A program made the translations under genes and the position numbers. The notes under the pieces are model-generated. The model was not told the origin of the DNA. It saw only the letters and a program-made list of their open reading frames with translations, and ran no database searches. Positions 28,494 through 38,403 of a stretch of DNA of 64,000 nt are shown here, piece after piece. Source of the DNA: an uncultured Alistipes sp. (lineage in GTDB: Bacteria > Bacteroidota > Bacteroidia > Bacteroidales > Muribaculaceae); assembly GCA_964435935.1 (NCBI GenBank), contig CAYTBH010000002.1, forward strand, positions 175-64,174. The letters are read 5' to 3'. Every line of letters begins with the position of its first letter. Position 1 is the first letter of the stretch.

Positions 28494-31400
28494 ATGAAGA
28501 AGTATTACTTGCCATTGGTAGCCCTCGCTTTCGCCGCAGGCAGCGCCAATGCCCAGACAATTCTCAGTGAGGACTTTGAAACCGGCAACACCGGCAACGC
28601 CCTCCACCCGATTGCCGTGGGCGCTGGATGGACCACCGTCGACAGCTACAAAGGCTCGAACGCCAGCTACACCTGGCACAACTACTATGCCAACCCCAAC
28701 GGGGAGAATGCCAACCCGACAATCTCCGGCGCCTGCTGCGCCTCGGTCGACGCTCCCCTGAGCATCAACCCCACCGACGGCGGGGGTCCCCGCGAGGAGA
28801 TTCTCCTCACCCCCGAACTCGACCTCAACGACACCTACCAGCTGCAGTTCACCTTCAAGGTGAGCCCCATCAACAGCTCGGACAACAGCCGCTATGACCT
28901 CCAGGTGCGCGTTGTCGAGGGCGACAACCTCAACGGCGCCGAAACCATCTTCTCGATTCAGAACGAAAAGATGCTCCGCGAAAGCGGCATCAGCGTGTTC
29001 CCCATCCCCGACTGGGCTCCCTACACCGCCAAGGTGGACCTGAGCGACTTCAAGGGCTCGAAGGTGAAACTCGCGTTCGTCTACAAGATGTTCGCCCAGA
29101 GCGCCAACGTGGTTTGGCTCGACGATGTGAGCGTGAAGAAGCACACTCCCGCCACCACGCCCCTCCCCTCGCTCTCGATGGACCGCTACACCTTCCCCAC
29201 CGTCTACATCGGCGAGAAGAGATATTCCGACCCCATCACCCTCACCAACGTCGGTAAGGACGGCCTGAAAATCACCGGCATCGACTGCCCCGCCGGCTTC
29301 GGCACCAACCTCAACACCGGCGCCGTGGACCTCAAAACCTTCCAGAGCGTGATGTTCAACATCTTCTACAAGGCTGAGATGGCTTCGGCTGCCGACGGCA
29401 AAATCGTGATCCACACCACCGGCGGCGACGCCACCATCAACGTGGCAGCCTCGAAGCAGCTCGTGCCCGACGGGGCAAGCCTCGAAACCTTCGAAGCCTA
29501 CTTCCCCCCTGCCGGATGGGAAAACAAAGGCTGGGGCTGGACCACAATCGCCCTTGAAGGCGACCACACCGCCTATCAGTCGGGCGACTTCTCGAAGACC
29601 TACCTCCGCTCGCCCCGCCTCGACCTCATCGACGGCGGCAAAATCAGCTTCACCTATTTCAACTCCTACGACGGCGACTACGCTCCCGAGTACGACATCA
29701 CCCTCGAACTCTCGATCGACGGCGCCAACACTTGGAAAACCGTCTGGACCTCAGACTATCAGAACGGACTGAACAAGACCCTCACCGAGGAAATCGACCT
29801 TGGCCAGGGCTCGGACAACTGCTATGTACGCTGGGTGTACCCCGCTGTTGAAAGCGACGACGAAGGCGCTTTCGACCACTCGACATTCTACCTCGACTGC
29901 GTGGTGCTTCCCAAGTTGTTTGGCGCCGATGGTGTGCCCACCGCTGCTTTCGACCCCACCCCCGCCCCCGGCACCCAGGATGTTTATCCCAAGGGCGTGA
30001 CCCTCTCGTGGGCTCCCGCGCAGTTTGCCACCGGCTACAAGCTCTACCTCGGCACCACCTCGGCCTGCAACGAGGTTATCGACGGCCAGGACCTGGGCAA
30101 CGCTCTCAGCATCGACCTCCCCGACCTGGGCTATGAAACCCGCTACTGCTGGAAGGTGATCCCCTACAACGCCAAGGGCGACGCCAACAACAACATCTCG
30201 ACCTGGACTTTCACCACCCAGAAGGACGCTTCGATCACCTCGTTCCCCTACGAGCAGAACTTCACCGAATCGAAAAACGACCTCCCCACCGGCTGGATTT
30301 CGACCCCCTCGGCTACCTACTCGCGCACTTGGTCGGTTAACGGCATCAAGAACTACCAGCACGACGGCAAGACCTACAACGTGGCCTTCACCACATGGCT
30401 CAACGCCGGCGAATCGAACTCGATGCTCTCGCCCGAGGTGACCCTCCCGGCCGACAAGCCCATGTGCATCTCGTTCATCTGGGGCGACGAACACCCCGCG
30501 AGCCTGAAGGTGGACCCCACCGGCATGGTTCAGAAGAACAATGTGGCGCCCAACAACGGTGTGAGCGAAATGACTTTCGACATCTACGTTGACGGACAAT
30601 GGACCACCCTCTCGACTATCTCTGAGGGCTATGTTGATGACGAAGACTACAAATACTGGATCAACGAGCGAGTTGACCTCGCAAACTACGCCGGCAAGAA
30701 AGTGCAGTTCCGCTGGTTCCACAAGAGCTACAGCGGCCGCGACAACGGCGGCTCGGTTACCCACGTCGTGATTGACGAGGCCAAGGGCGACAACGCCGCC
30801 TTCAACCGCTCGGGCTGGAACACCGGCAAGGTAAACTATGAGAAGTCGATCGCTTCGGGCGACCTCTTCACCATATTCAACCTCGGCAGCAACGACCTCA
30901 CCATCAAGAGCGTCGGGTTCACCACCCCCAACTTCACCACCTCGCTGAAGGCTGGCGACGTGCTCGCTGCCGGCTCGGCAACCCCGTTCACCATGCAGTT
31001 TGACGCCCTCCAGTCGGCCGGCACTGTCAACGACACCATGTCGGTTGAATTCGAAGGCGGCCACACCGCTACCCTCGCCCTCGAAGGCGAAGGCCTCCCC
31101 CAGGGCACCTTCTACTTCTCGTTTGAACCCAACGACCTCGACTACAAGTGGGACGAAGAGTTCACCATGATCGACGCCGACAAGGCTCCCAACTACTCGT
31201 TCTCGTCCTACTGGATCTACTACTCGGCCGACGGCATGCGCGGCGCCTTCTCCTGCGAAAGCGACTCGAAGGAAAACGACGGCATGTATGGCATGATGAA
31301 CCCCGTTTCGGGCATGCACGCCCTGGTGGCTTCGTCGGGCGAAACCGTCAACGCCGACAACTGGATTATTTCGCGCCGCCTCGTGGCCGGCAACAACGCC

Positions 31401-31883
31401 AAGTTTGACTTCTACGCCCGCAACTGGGAATCGCTCGAAAGCGTGCTCCCCGATCCGAAACACAGCGTGAGCGTGCTCGTCAGCACCGGCAGCAACACCA
31501 AGACCGCCGACTTCAGCCCCGTGCTCTACCCCACCGAGATTCCCTTCCTCCACAGCGGCGAATGGAACCACTACGAAGTCGACCTCTCGGCCTACGCCGG
31601 ACAGAGCCTCTACGTCGCCCTGCGCCACACCACCGGCAGCCCCTCGAACCTCGCATTCTTCGACGACTTCACCCTCAGCGACTTCGCTGTTGACGCTTCG
31701 GGCATCGAAAACGTGACCGCCGAAGAGACCGCCGGCATCCCCGCCGACGCACGCGTCGAGGTTTACAACATCAACGGCGTGCTCGTGGCAACCGGCGTTG
31801 GTCCCCGCGCTCTCGACCAGCTCGAGAAGGGCTTCTACGTCGTGAAGGCCGAAGGCTGCAAAGCATTCAGCATCCTGAAATAA
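28494..31883 (+). CDS. Secreted choice-of-anchor J (cleaved-adhesin) multidomain protein with FN3 and T9SS-type tail
   Basis: ILSEDFE..W, LLTPEL, VDLSDFKG..KLAF, WLDDVSV, ADNWIIS, VDLSAYAGQ..VALRH; tail VYNINGVLV...GFYVVK. Confidence 0.85.
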   Translation: MKKYYLPLVALAFAAGSANAQTILSEDFETGNTGNALHPIAVGAGWTTVDSYKGSNASYTWHNYYANPNGENANPTISGACCASVDAPLSINPTDGGGPREEILLTPELDLNDTYQLQFTFKVSPINSSDNSRYDLQVRVVEGDNLNGAETIFSIQNEKMLRESGISVFPIPDWAPYTAKVDLSDFKGSKVKLAFVYKMFAQSANVVWLDDVSVKKHTPATTPLPSLSMDRYTFPTVYIGEKRYSDPITLTNVGKDGLKITGIDCPAGFGTNLNTGAVDLKTFQSVMFNIFYKAEMASAADGKIVIHTTGGDATINVAASKQLVPDGASLETFEAYFPPAGWENKGWGWTTIALEGDHTAYQSGDFSKTYLRSPRLDLIDGGKISFTYFNSYDGDYAPEYDITLELSIDGANTWKTVWTSDYQNGLNKTLTEEIDLGQGSDNCYVRWVYPAVESDDEGAFDHSTFYLDCVVLPKLFGADGVPTAAFDPTPAPGTQDVYPKGVTLSWAPAQFATGYKLYLGTTSACNEVIDGQDLGNALSIDLPDLGYETRYCWKVIPYNAKGDANNNISTWTFTTQKDASITSFPYEQNFTESKNDLPTGWISTPSATYSRTWSVNGIKNYQHDGKTYNVAFTTWLNAGESNSMLSPEVTLPADKPMCISFIWGDEHPASLKVDPTGMVQKNNVAPNNGVSEMTFDIYVDGQWTTLSTISEGYVDDEDYKYWINERVDLANYAGKKVQFRWFHKSYSGRDNGGSVTHVVIDEAKGDNAAFNRSGWNTGKVNYEKSIASGDLFTIFNLGSNDLTIKSVGFTTPNFTTSLKAGDVLAAGSATPFTMQFDALQSAGTVNDTMSVEFEGGHTATLALEGEGLPQGTFYFSFEPNDLDYKWDEEFTMIDADKAPNYSFSSYWIYYSADGMRGAFSCESDSKENDGMYGMMNPVSGMHALVASSGETVNADNWIISRRLVAGNNAKFDFYARNWESLESVLPDPKHSVSVLVSTGSNTKTADFSPVLYPTEIPFLHSGEWNHYEVDLSAYAGQSLYVALRHTTGSPSNLAFFDDFTLSDFAVDASGIENVTAEETAGIPADARVEVYNINGVLVATGVGPRALDQLEKGFYVVKAEGCKAFSILK

Positions 31884-31896
31884 ACACTAACCCGGA

Positions 31897-31941
31897 AAAA
31901 GCCATTTATGCCTCCGGTTTCGGAAAGCATAAATGGCTTTT
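31897..31941 (+). terminator. Long intergenic hairpin (terminator or mRNA-stabilising element)
   Basis: 15-bp stem aaaagccatttatgc / gcataaatggctttt with an inner tccg/cgga stem. Confidence 0.6.
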
Positions 31942-31962
31942 CCTATCTTAAAACAGATTTGC

Positions 31963-34446
31963 ATGAAAACATTCCGCATTCTGTTTACTCTGTTGGCCAT
32001 GCTGCTCTTTACGAACGGCGTGGCTCAACAGCGTAATACGCACCTTACCATAAAGGTCAACACCGTCGAGGGCGACAACCTCGTCGGGCAGCCTGTCGGG
32101 CTTATGCAGACCGATTACAACGCGAGCTACGGAACACTGAAGCTCAACGCCTCGGGCGAATGCTCGACAACGGTCTATCCCGGCAACCACAAGCTCACCA
32201 TCGACCGCAACGGCTTCGTCGCTGTCGACCAGGCATTCGTCGTCGACGAAAACGAAACCGAGAAAATCATCACCATCAATCTGATTGAGAAGACCCGCGA
32301 GCCGTTCGCCCTCACCGCGAAGGCTTCGCGCGACCCCTTCACCGGCCAGCGCGACGTGGCCCTGAGCTGGAACCGCGAGCTCCCCGCGTTCTTCGACGAC
32401 TTCGAAGGCCACGAGCCGTTTGCCATCACCTTTGGCGAGTGGACCGGCATCGATGCCGACGGCGAGGCAACCGCGGCGCTCGCCGGCTCGTACCCCAACC
32501 GCGGCGTGATGCAGTATGCCCAGATTATAAACCCGCTCACGGTGACCCCCACCTGGTGGTATGAGTACCCGATTCTGCGCCCCTACAGCGGCCAGCAGTA
32601 TGTGGGCTTCATCCGCACCAACTCGGGCAAAGCCAACGACGACTGGCTCATTACCCCCGCGATCACTGTCGGCAACGAAAACGTCTTCTCGTTCAAGGCC
32701 AAAGCCGCCGACCGCTACGACGAGCGCTTCATGGTCTATGTGACCACAAAGCTCGATAACCCGCAGCCGGCCGACTTCACCCGCCTCGACACGGGCAACT
32801 ACGAAACCGTCGACTACCGCGACTGGCAGACATTCACCTACGACGCGTCGGCCTACGCCGGGCAGCAGGTGAAATTCGCCATCCGCTACGTCAGCAACAC
32901 CAACCTCTACGGGGCGTTCATGCTTATGCTCGACGACGTGTACGTCGGCCAGCCTGCCGACGAGGTTTCTGTGGCAGCGCTCAAAAAGGCTCGCCGCGTC
33001 GCGAAGTCGCCCGACAACCGCTTTGAGAAATTCGAAATCTATCTCGACGGCGTTAAGAAAGCCACGGTCGACGACTACTCCTACCTGCTGACCGACGTTC
33101 CCGCCGGCGACCACACAATCGGCGTGAAGGCAATCTACCTCCAGACGGCCAGCTCGACCACCGAAATCAACGTAAGCCTCCCCGACGCCGGCTATGCCGA
33201 CATCACCTTCAACGTGACAGCCGACAGCAAGCTCTCGCCCGAGGGTATGGCGCTCGAACTGCTCGACCCCGCGACCGCCGAAACCCTCGCCCTCACGGTG
33301 AAGGACGGCAAAGCCCGCGTCCCCTTCCTCCCCTACGGCATGTATGAACTCGGCGTGGCCGAGGGCGCCTATCAGGCTGTGCGACGCGAAATCAACGTTG
33401 CCGGCGACGCAACCATCGACCTCGTGCTGGCCGACAACATCATCACTCCCTACAACATCACCGCCACCCACAACGACAACGGCTCGGTGACCCTCAACTG
33501 GAACCAGGAGCTGAGCTTCATGGACAGCTTCGAGGAGTATGACGACTTTGCCACCCGCTCGTTTGGCGACTGGCTGACGGTCGACGTTGACAAGCAGCCC
33601 GTCTACCCCATCGGGCTCGGGGGAGTCACCACCGTGGTTTCGTTCCCCGGCTCGGGCAATGCCAACAACCCCACGGCAATCGCCCCCATGGTGTTCAACC
33701 CCTGGATGACCAAGCCGGCCATGCTCCCGACCGATATAGCGATCGCGGCCCCCACCGGCGACAAGTCGATCATCTTCTTCTCGGCACAGCGCGCGAAGTC
33801 CGACAAATGGCTCATCACCCCTCCCCTCACCATTCGCGAAGGGTTCCAGTTCAGCTTCAAGGCCAAGGGCTACACGTCGATGTACAAGGAGTCGATCGAG
33901 CTCTGCATCGCGCCCGACGCGTCGACCAATCCCGCCGACTTCGTCACCCTCAGCTATGTCGACGCGCTGACCTCTGAGATGTGGTCGCTCTACTACCACG
34001 AGCTCGACGACTATGCCGGGCAGAAAGTGCGCCTTGGCATCCGCTACACGAGTGTCGACGCCTTCCTCGCGCAGGTCGACGACGTTGCCGTAGGCCCCGC
34101 CGACGGCCAGGGCGAATATGTCGACTACGGCAACGTGGTGAAGTATGAGATCTATCTCGACGGCTCGAAAGTCGGCGAATCTGACACCGCCGAATTCGTG
34201 CTGACCGACCTCCCACAAGGCGACCACACAGTGGGCATCAAGGCCATCTACCAGAACGGCGCTTCGGAAATGGCCACCTACGTTGTTGCCGGTAAAGCGG
34301 GCGTAATGCAGGTTGTCGGCGACGGCGGCAACAATGCCCCCGCCGAGCTCTTCGACCTCGCGGGACGCCGCGTGGACGCTGCCAGGGCTCCCGCCGGAGT
34401 CTACATCATGCGCCAAGGCGCCACGACGACGAAAATCGTCAAGTGA
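31963..34446 (+). CDS. Secreted protein with two choice-of-anchor J (cleaved-adhesin) domains and T9SS-type tail
   Basis: FFDDFE..W..IDADG, NDDWLITP, YAGQQVKFAIRY, repeated in the second half; tail LFDLAGRRV...GVYIMRQG; start ATG 31963. Confidence 0.85.
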   Translation: MKTFRILFTLLAMLLFTNGVAQQRNTHLTIKVNTVEGDNLVGQPVGLMQTDYNASYGTLKLNASGECSTTVYPGNHKLTIDRNGFVAVDQAFVVDENETEKIITINLIEKTREPFALTAKASRDPFTGQRDVALSWNRELPAFFDDFEGHEPFAITFGEWTGIDADGEATAALAGSYPNRGVMQYAQIINPLTVTPTWWYEYPILRPYSGQQYVGFIRTNSGKANDDWLITPAITVGNENVFSFKAKAADRYDERFMVYVTTKLDNPQPADFTRLDTGNYETVDYRDWQTFTYDASAYAGQQVKFAIRYVSNTNLYGAFMLMLDDVYVGQPADEVSVAALKKARRVAKSPDNRFEKFEIYLDGVKKATVDDYSYLLTDVPAGDHTIGVKAIYLQTASSTTEINVSLPDAGYADITFNVTADSKLSPEGMALELLDPATAETLALTVKDGKARVPFLPYGMYELGVAEGAYQAVRREINVAGDATIDLVLADNIITPYNITATHNDNGSVTLNWNQELSFMDSFEEYDDFATRSFGDWLTVDVDKQPVYPIGLGGVTTVVSFPGSGNANNPTAIAPMVFNPWMTKPAMLPTDIAIAAPTGDKSIIFFSAQRAKSDKWLITPPLTIREGFQFSFKAKGYTSMYKESIELCIAPDASTNPADFVTLSYVDALTSEMWSLYYHELDDYAGQKVRLGIRYTSVDAFLAQVDDVAVGPADGQGEYVDYGNVVKYEIYLDGSKVGESDTAEFVLTDLPQGDHTVGIKAIYQNGASEMATYVVAGKAGVMQVVGDGGNNAPAELFDLAGRRVDAARAPAGVYIMRQGATTTKIVK

Positions 34447-34489
34447 CCGCGAGCGCCACATATCATCCAAAACATAATTGAATTTCAAC

Positions 34490-36322
34490 ATGTTTCGCAA
34501 GATAACAACATCACTCCTCCTGGCAGCGGCCGCCCTTTCGGCCGCCGCCCAGGACTCGGAGATGGGGCTCGCCGCAAATGAGCGCATCCTCGGATACACC
34601 TTAACCAACGACATCGACATCAAGGGTGCCTTTTTTGGCGAAGCCGGCACATACTCCCTCGGCGTGTATATGACGGAGAGCGACCTCAAGTCATACGTCG
34701 GGTGCCGCATCGTCGGCATGCGCATCGCCGGTGGAACCGACCTCGGGCGCTCGCGCACATTCCTTTACACCATAACCGATGACGGAATAACCGCCACCCA
34801 CGAGCAGAACCAACGCCTCTACGAGGGGTGGAACCGCGTCTCGTTCAACGGCGACGGCTATCCCATCGAGGAGGGCACAGACCTTTTCTTTGGCTTCGAT
34901 TATGTCGAGACCGCTGAGATGGTCAAAAACGAGGTGGGTGGCATCGCCGCGACAACGGAGAGCCACTCGGGAGGCGCCATTCTGATGGAGGGGGAATCCT
35001 TCTACGCCATCTCGGGCGTGGGCGACTTCTGCATGCAGCTCATCATCGATGCCTCCAACCTTCCCCCCTACGACCTTACCTACGGATTCTTCGACACCGG
35101 CTTCAAATACAAGCAGAAAACCGAGCCAATCGAATTGATGGCCGAAGTGCGCAATGTTGGGCGCGAACGCATCAAGAAACTGCGCATGGCCTATCAGTAT
35201 GACAACAGCGACCCCGTCTATGTTGATTTGGATGCCAACCTGGGCTCCGGTTCAAGCTATACCTGGAACCAGATGATTACGCCCGACACGCCGCTCGCCG
35301 TCGGGGCGCACACCATCAAGGTATTCCCGGTAGAGGCCGACGGAGTGGCTCTCGAAACCAACGAGGAAAACGTGCGCACCGAGAACATCGCCATCTACGA
35401 AAACACCGTGCCACGCGACAAGGTTCTTCTCGAAGTCTATACCAACTCGTCGAGTGCGGATGTTATCCCCATGAACAGCATCGTCAACCAGCTTGGCGAC
35501 TGCAACGGCATGGCCATTGTGGCCACCCACCACTTCCCAGGCACTCCGCTGGCAACGAAGGAAAGCCTGGCGATGTTCCAACGTTATGCCTACGGCATAC
35601 CGGTGTTCACCACGGACCGAGCATACTTTCCAGGAGAACACTACATTGCCTACAGCGTCAACGACTTCATCGGCGTTGTGCCCGACTCTTGGATTTTGTC
35701 AATGTTCGAGGACATCGTTTTGCAGGACCTTTATTCGCCCAGCTTCGCAACCCTGGCCGCCTCTGGTAGCTGCAGCAGCGACAACTCGGTGCTCAACCTC
35801 GATGTGACAGTCGATGCCCTGCCCGAAGCCGCCGCCATCTACGGCTCTGTGGCTGTGCATGTGATGCTGGTCGAGGATGGTGTCAAGAGCGCGCAAAGCG
35901 CCGTCGGCATGGGCGGGCGCCCCATTGTCAACAACAACTACATCCACAACAACGTGGTGCGCCTCAACCACACCGGCATCAAAGGTCAGCGGATGACGCT
36001 GGAGAACAACGGCGGCACCGTCAATTTCCAAATCCCCCTGGACGCCGAATGGAAACCTGAGAACATGCGCGTGGTGGTTTACCTCACCAAGTGGTTTGAC
36101 GAGGAGATTCCCTCGAACCTCAAGGATGCCGACGTAGTCAACGCCACCATGCTTCCGCTCGGCTCAATGACCGCCGTTGCCGAAGTCTCGGCTGACCACG
36201 TCGAGGGTCCCTCGACTTTCTTCACCATCGGTGGTGTACAAGTGTCGGGCGACAACCTCTCCACCGGCATCTACATCGAGCGCCTCGCCGACGGCACCGC
36301 CCGCAAAGTGCTCATCAAATAA
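34490..36322 (+). CDS. Omp28-related secreted protein with T9SS-type tail
   Basis: KVLLEVYT, VMLVEDG, YIHNNVVR, WKPENMRVV, VVNA; tail GIYIER...ARKVLIK; start ATG 34490. Confidence 0.75.
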   Translation: MFRKITTSLLLAAAALSAAAQDSEMGLAANERILGYTLTNDIDIKGAFFGEAGTYSLGVYMTESDLKSYVGCRIVGMRIAGGTDLGRSRTFLYTITDDGITATHEQNQRLYEGWNRVSFNGDGYPIEEGTDLFFGFDYVETAEMVKNEVGGIAATTESHSGGAILMEGESFYAISGVGDFCMQLIIDASNLPPYDLTYGFFDTGFKYKQKTEPIELMAEVRNVGRERIKKLRMAYQYDNSDPVYVDLDANLGSGSSYTWNQMITPDTPLAVGAHTIKVFPVEADGVALETNEENVRTENIAIYENTVPRDKVLLEVYTNSSSADVIPMNSIVNQLGDCNGMAIVATHHFPGTPLATKESLAMFQRYAYGIPVFTTDRAYFPGEHYIAYSVNDFIGVVPDSWILSMFEDIVLQDLYSPSFATLAASGSCSSDNSVLNLDVTVDALPEAAAIYGSVAVHVMLVEDGVKSAQSAVGMGGRPIVNNNYIHNNVVRLNHTGIKGQRMTLENNGGTVNFQIPLDAEWKPENMRVVVYLTKWFDEEIPSNLKDADVVNATMLPLGSMTAVAEVSADHVEGPSTFFTIGGVQVSGDNLSTGIYIERLADGTARKVLIK

Positions 36323-36326
36323 ATAG

Positions 36327-36423
36327 CATCCCCCGCCCTCCCGCGAGGGCGTAACCATTCCCCACCCTCTCCCGAGGGCAAACACCGCGAGGGCGGCAAG
36401 TCACCACGACCTGCCGCCCTCGC
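36327..36423. repeat. Cluster of GC-rich short hairpins (REP-like / bidirectional terminator) between convergent genes
   Basis: Two ~29-bp related units (cat.cccc.ccctc...cgagggc..aac) and a 12-bp stem gcgagggcggca / tgccgccctcgc. Confidence 0.55.
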
Positions 36424-36446
36424 CGCATCTAAAATTTGCCCCAGAG

Positions 36447-38276
36447 TTACGGTTGGGGAGAGAGGGCGTTGGAGCGGATGATGGCGTCGGAAACGGGGCG
36501 GGCTTTCTTGAGGTGGAGAAGGAGTGTCGGCGATATGGAGGCGGTGTCGCCGTAAATTTGGTTGGTCATTGAAGAGATGGCGACTCCGTGGTGGCCTGCA
36601 AAGATGCTTTGCCCCATGCCTTTCCACTCATAATCGTCAAGCCCCAGGAGGTTAAGCAATGTGGGGTACATATCAATCTGCCCCATTATCTCGTCGCGTC
36701 GCCCCGCGATCGGCGAGTTCAACAGCAGGAATGGGGTGAACTGGCCTTCGTCGACGAGCGACGCTGCCTTTGGCGACGACTCCCTGATTTCTGAGCGCCA
36801 CGATGCGAGCCCCTCGTGGTCGCCGGTGATAAGCACAATCGTTTCGGGCCAGTCGGCGCGCGATTTCAGATAGTCGACGAGTGTGTGCAGCTGCGAGTCG
36901 GTATAGTGGGCCATGGTCACATAGTCAACGAGCTTGTCGGGAAGATTGGCATTTGACAAGTCGAAACCGGCATCCTTCATCGAGTCGGGCAGGCGGAACG
37001 GACTGTGGCCCGAATAAGTGACGAAAGTGAGCATTGCCGGGCTCCCCTCGGGCCACAGATTTTCGTCGCGGAGTTTAGCCACGCTCTGCCGCAGGAAGGA
37101 GCCATCCGAGAGCTTGCCGGGATTGCCTACCAGCTCGTCAATGACCCAGGCGCGCCGGTCGATGAGCGTGTCGTAGCCAAACGAGCGACTGATAACCTCC
37201 TGGTTCCAGGTTATCGGCTTGTCGCAGGTGAAAATAGAGCTGCGGGTGCCATACTTCTCGAGCAATGCTTTGTTGAGAGTCAGATATGTCGACGATGGAT
37301 ACTTCATGCTGTAAACCGAGCCCATCATGGGCAACATCCCGGCGTTGAGCAGCAGCTGGCAGTCGATTGAGCGCCCCGAAGCCACCTGCGTGAGCATTCG
37401 CGGGGCAAAGAACGAAGTTGAGTCGGCAACGAGCGAATTGAGGTATGGAGTAATCGGTTTGCCATCAATCTCAGCGCCGATGGGCCAACTTTCGAGCGAC
37501 TCACAAAGAATCACCACCAGGTTCTTGCGCCGCTCTACGCTGTCGGGGAGGCTCGGCGAGGGGAGCAACTCGGCGTGCTCGTCAAGCCACTCTTCAACCA
37601 TGGGAAGCGCCACGTCGGATTTGTGTTTGTCGCGTTCGATGAGCGAATAGGCTACATGGCCGGCGAAGGTGTAAGTCGGGGTCCCGCAGGTGCTGTAGTA
37701 GCACGACTGCACCAGCCGGTCGTAACTGCGGTAGAAGCCGCCCCGCATTGCAATCACGGCTGACGACACGAGCGCCAACAGCGCCGTGCAACTAAGGTAA
37801 CGAAGCACCCTGTGCCGGGCCTCGCGCCGAGGCACCCTGAGCGCCCACACGGCCCCGGCTATGATGATAATGGGAAATCCGAGGTCCATCCACCCGAGCG
37901 ACGTGTAGATGCTTGATGTGAAATCCGCGAGGTTGCCCACCAGCGAGAAGCTTTCGAGCGGGATGCTGGTGAAATAGGTGCGGCAATACATAATGTCGGA
38001 AAGCAACAGCATATCCACCACCGCGAGCCACACCGACTGCACCCAAACTCTGCGGATGAAGAGAAACGGCAACGTGAGAATCATCGCCGCAAGGGTGTTA
38101 TTAATCCACAACAGCGGGTCGCTCATCGAGCGGAAAGTGGTGAACGAACACCAGTCGACCACATACCACAACAGTGACAACAGCGACACCACCGTCATCA
38201 CACCCAGACGCGACCGCCAAAGGTCGGCACCGAACAAATATCGCAAAACGCGTTTCATACTCTCAGAATAATTCAT
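36447..38276 (-). CDS. LTA synthase family membrane protein (second paralogue)
   Basis: TM N-terminus, ILCESLESW, ITPYLN, TYSGHSPF, ITGDH, QIDMYPTLL; start ATG 38276 or 38258. Confidence 0.85.
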   Translation of the reverse strand: MNYSESMKRVLRYLFGADLWRSRLGVMTVVSLLSLLWYVVDWCSFTTFRSMSDPLLWINNTLAAMILTLPFLFIRRVWVQSVWLAVVDMLLLSDIMYCRTYFTSIPLESFSLVGNLADFTSSIYTSLGWMDLGFPIIIIAGAVWALRVPRREARHRVLRYLSCTALLALVSSAVIAMRGGFYRSYDRLVQSCYYSTCGTPTYTFAGHVAYSLIERDKHKSDVALPMVEEWLDEHAELLPSPSLPDSVERRKNLVVILCESLESWPIGAEIDGKPITPYLNSLVADSTSFFAPRMLTQVASGRSIDCQLLLNAGMLPMMGSVYSMKYPSSTYLTLNKALLEKYGTRSSIFTCDKPITWNQEVISRSFGYDTLIDRRAWVIDELVGNPGKLSDGSFLRQSVAKLRDENLWPEGSPAMLTFVTYSGHSPFRLPDSMKDAGFDLSNANLPDKLVDYVTMAHYTDSQLHTLVDYLKSRADWPETIVLITGDHEGLASWRSEIRESSPKAASLVDEGQFTPFLLLNSPIAGRRDEIMGQIDMYPTLLNLLGLDDYEWKGMGQSIFAGHHGVAISSMTNQIYGDTASISPTLLLHLKKARPVSDAIIRSNALSPQP

Positions 38277-38280
38277 CGCG

Positions 38281-38318
38281 AAGGTACATAAAAAACCGCG
38301 GTTTTTTATGTACCTTTG
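38281..38318. promoter_or_regulatory. Perfect 36-bp palindrome carrying back-to-back -7 boxes of divergent promoters
   Basis: aaggtacataaaaaaccgcggttttttatgtacctt; TACCTTTG on + and TACCTTCG on -. Confidence 0.7.
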
Positions 38319-38403
38319 TCTGCGGAAGCATGGCACCGTCGCCCGCGACGCCTGGCGTAGTTCCTGCTTCCGGCATAGGTACAACACTTCATATCATCAG
38401 TTA

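Noticed and set aside
31948-34758. 936-aa antisense ORF (also 20734-22824, 29751-31628, 44277-45872, 47888-49276, 60478-62010, 2752-3984)
   Set aside because: Shadow ORFs in register with real genes, caused by strong C/G-ending codon bias; V/D/E/G-rich with no recognisable motifs
36327-36423. CRISPR array
   Set aside because: Only two degenerate units, no spacers, no cas genes
38308-38403. N-terminal extensions of uxuA and of the LTA-synthase ORF (to 38387), and the peptide RYIKNRGFLCTF appearing on both strands
   Set aside because: Artefact of reading through the 36-bp palindrome; family-typical starts are 38404 and 38276/38258
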